Shown: positions 62,569 through 64,000 of the stretch, in pieces | Layout: the number at the start of each line of letters is the position of its first letter | Numbering within the stretch: the stretch's first letter is position 1 | From: Amoebidium appalachense | Taxonomy: Eukaryota; Protista; Ichthyosporea | Direction of reading: 5' to 3' | DNA: 64,000 nucleotides | Assembly (NCBI GenBank): GCA_963693365.1 | Contig: CAVNZM010000017.1 | Location: 6,128,708 to 6,192,707, forward strand | The notes under the pieces: generated by a model | Database searches by the model: none | What the model was told of the DNA's origin: nothing | What the model saw: the letters and a program-made list of their open reading frames with translations, nothing else | Program-made: the position numbers and the translations under genes

Positions 62569-63773
62569 CCTCCTCTTTGAACCGCCCAAAGCTGGAACTC
62601 TGGGTTTTTTCCTGGGAAAACACAGGAACTTGCAAAAACGCAAAAAGTTATCTCAACATCGCAGTACTAACGTATATACCTCATGACCAGTCCATTGCTG
62701 GCTAACGCAAATGGAAAATGCAGGTTGTGTTATCCACTCAATATCAAATTTAGTGTGCTTTCTGGGCCTGTTGTATTTTGTTTTTGCATTCACTCTACAA
62801 AGATATATATATAGTTCAAGAGATATATAGATCAACAGACGCCAGCTAACATTAGTCAGGCTCGAAAGGAGCAGCCAACGTAGTTATAGTGGACACATGA
62901 TTGTTGGGAATAAATGAGAGGAGATTTATATTATAGTAATATAAAGGCAAGATTATGATATTGCCAATGAATCATACGGGGTCCGGAGGGCCGAAGGCCT
63001 CCCGGCGCCGGATAGGTATACATTTATCGGACACTCGGCGGCGGATATAGGGAAGTAAATATCTCCGGACAAAAATAGGCGGCGATCCGCCAGGTACCAA
63101 AATACAGTAATCCTAAATCGTAATTTCTAGCCCTGTTTGGCGGCCTGGGCCCTGGCCAAAACAAAGTTTTCGAGATTTCGCACACAAGTCAAACTTTCCC
63201 AAGAATTAGGGTTAGGGAGACAAAAGAATGTTGAATAAACCCGACAGTTCATTTTAGCAAAATTTTCAATCCCCCGTGATCGATTATATGTGGCTCGGCT
63301 CAGCATAAGGCGAATAAGCAAGAAGGTAAACCGACGGAGACTTTAAAGTTATAAACGCGTACAATAAAATAGGAACTACACTTACCTATTTTGTTTTTTG
63401 TTTCGTTTGCCCACGCGTCTCACCGGCTGGACACTGTCACGTGCAGCCAACGTTGCATCTTTATGCCAGAACTGATAAACGTGGAATGTGATGTTTATCG
63501 ATGATCGCATGTGCGTAAGATCAGGGTTTGCAAAGTGAACAATATATCCGATTTATGGATTTGAAACCCCAATATTTTACTAAAGCTGGGCCTTTCTAAG
63601 ACAGGAGAGGGCCGACAGCATACCGGGTTTTACTCCCATGCGGTCAAGAACGCCTGCCCCGGGTATGTCAGTGGCGCCCTGGAGTCGATATTGAATAGAA
63701 CACATGATCAAGGCCACTAGCTACTACTAAACTATTAGCCTGCCCCATTGAGGGATTCATAGTATTTGACGTT

Positions 63774-63811
<38 letters not shown>

Positions 63812-64000
63812 TCTCTCCCCCCGTGTGTCACTGTGTGTGTGTGTGTGTGTGACACCGTGTGTCCGTGTGCGTGTGTGTGTGTGTGCATGTGCGTGTTTGG
63901 GAAGCGGAGGGGGGTACACATTCGAATATTTGAACGGACAAGCTTAGGAACTCGCAAAGTGACATGTACATGTGCTCCTGTTTGGATTCGTCATGCCCCG

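Overview
Eukaryotic genomic DNA with many introns. The introns are full of (CA)n/(GT)n microsatellites and long C/G homopolymers, so almost all ORFs in the supplied track are noise. The taxon cannot be fixed from sequence alone; the gene content fits a unicellular opisthokont or holozoan. I reconstructed six protein genes by hand from GT-AG boundaries and reading-frame phase. (1) A single-pass membrane protein of unknown family with a novel 4x IxxG[VI][VF]D[LM]S repeat (+, <76-6587, 5' end outside the window). (2) A 5-exon PhnP-like metallo-beta-lactamase-fold hydrolase (-, 9300-13965). (3) A 15-exon BCH/CRAL-TRIO + RhoGAP protein, p50RhoGAP/ARHGAP1-like (+, 15248-30867). (4) An 18-exon ACSF3-like malonyl-CoA synthetase (-, 33148-47298). 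(5) An intronless secreted protein joining a SEA-like module and a TNFR-like Cys module to an NlpC/P60 cysteine-peptidase domain (+, 48890-50233). (6) A 7-exon GH125 glycosidase with a signal anchor (-, 54605-61669). The most interesting signals are: the chimeric intronless NlpC/P60 gene (candidate horizontally acquired antibacterial enzyme); polarised, self-complementary intron architecture (GT/G-rich 5' ends, CA/C-rich 3' ends abutting the AG); a dispersed 60-140 bp element found only in sense orientation inside introns; and duplicated donor and acceptor junctions around one RhoGAP intron.
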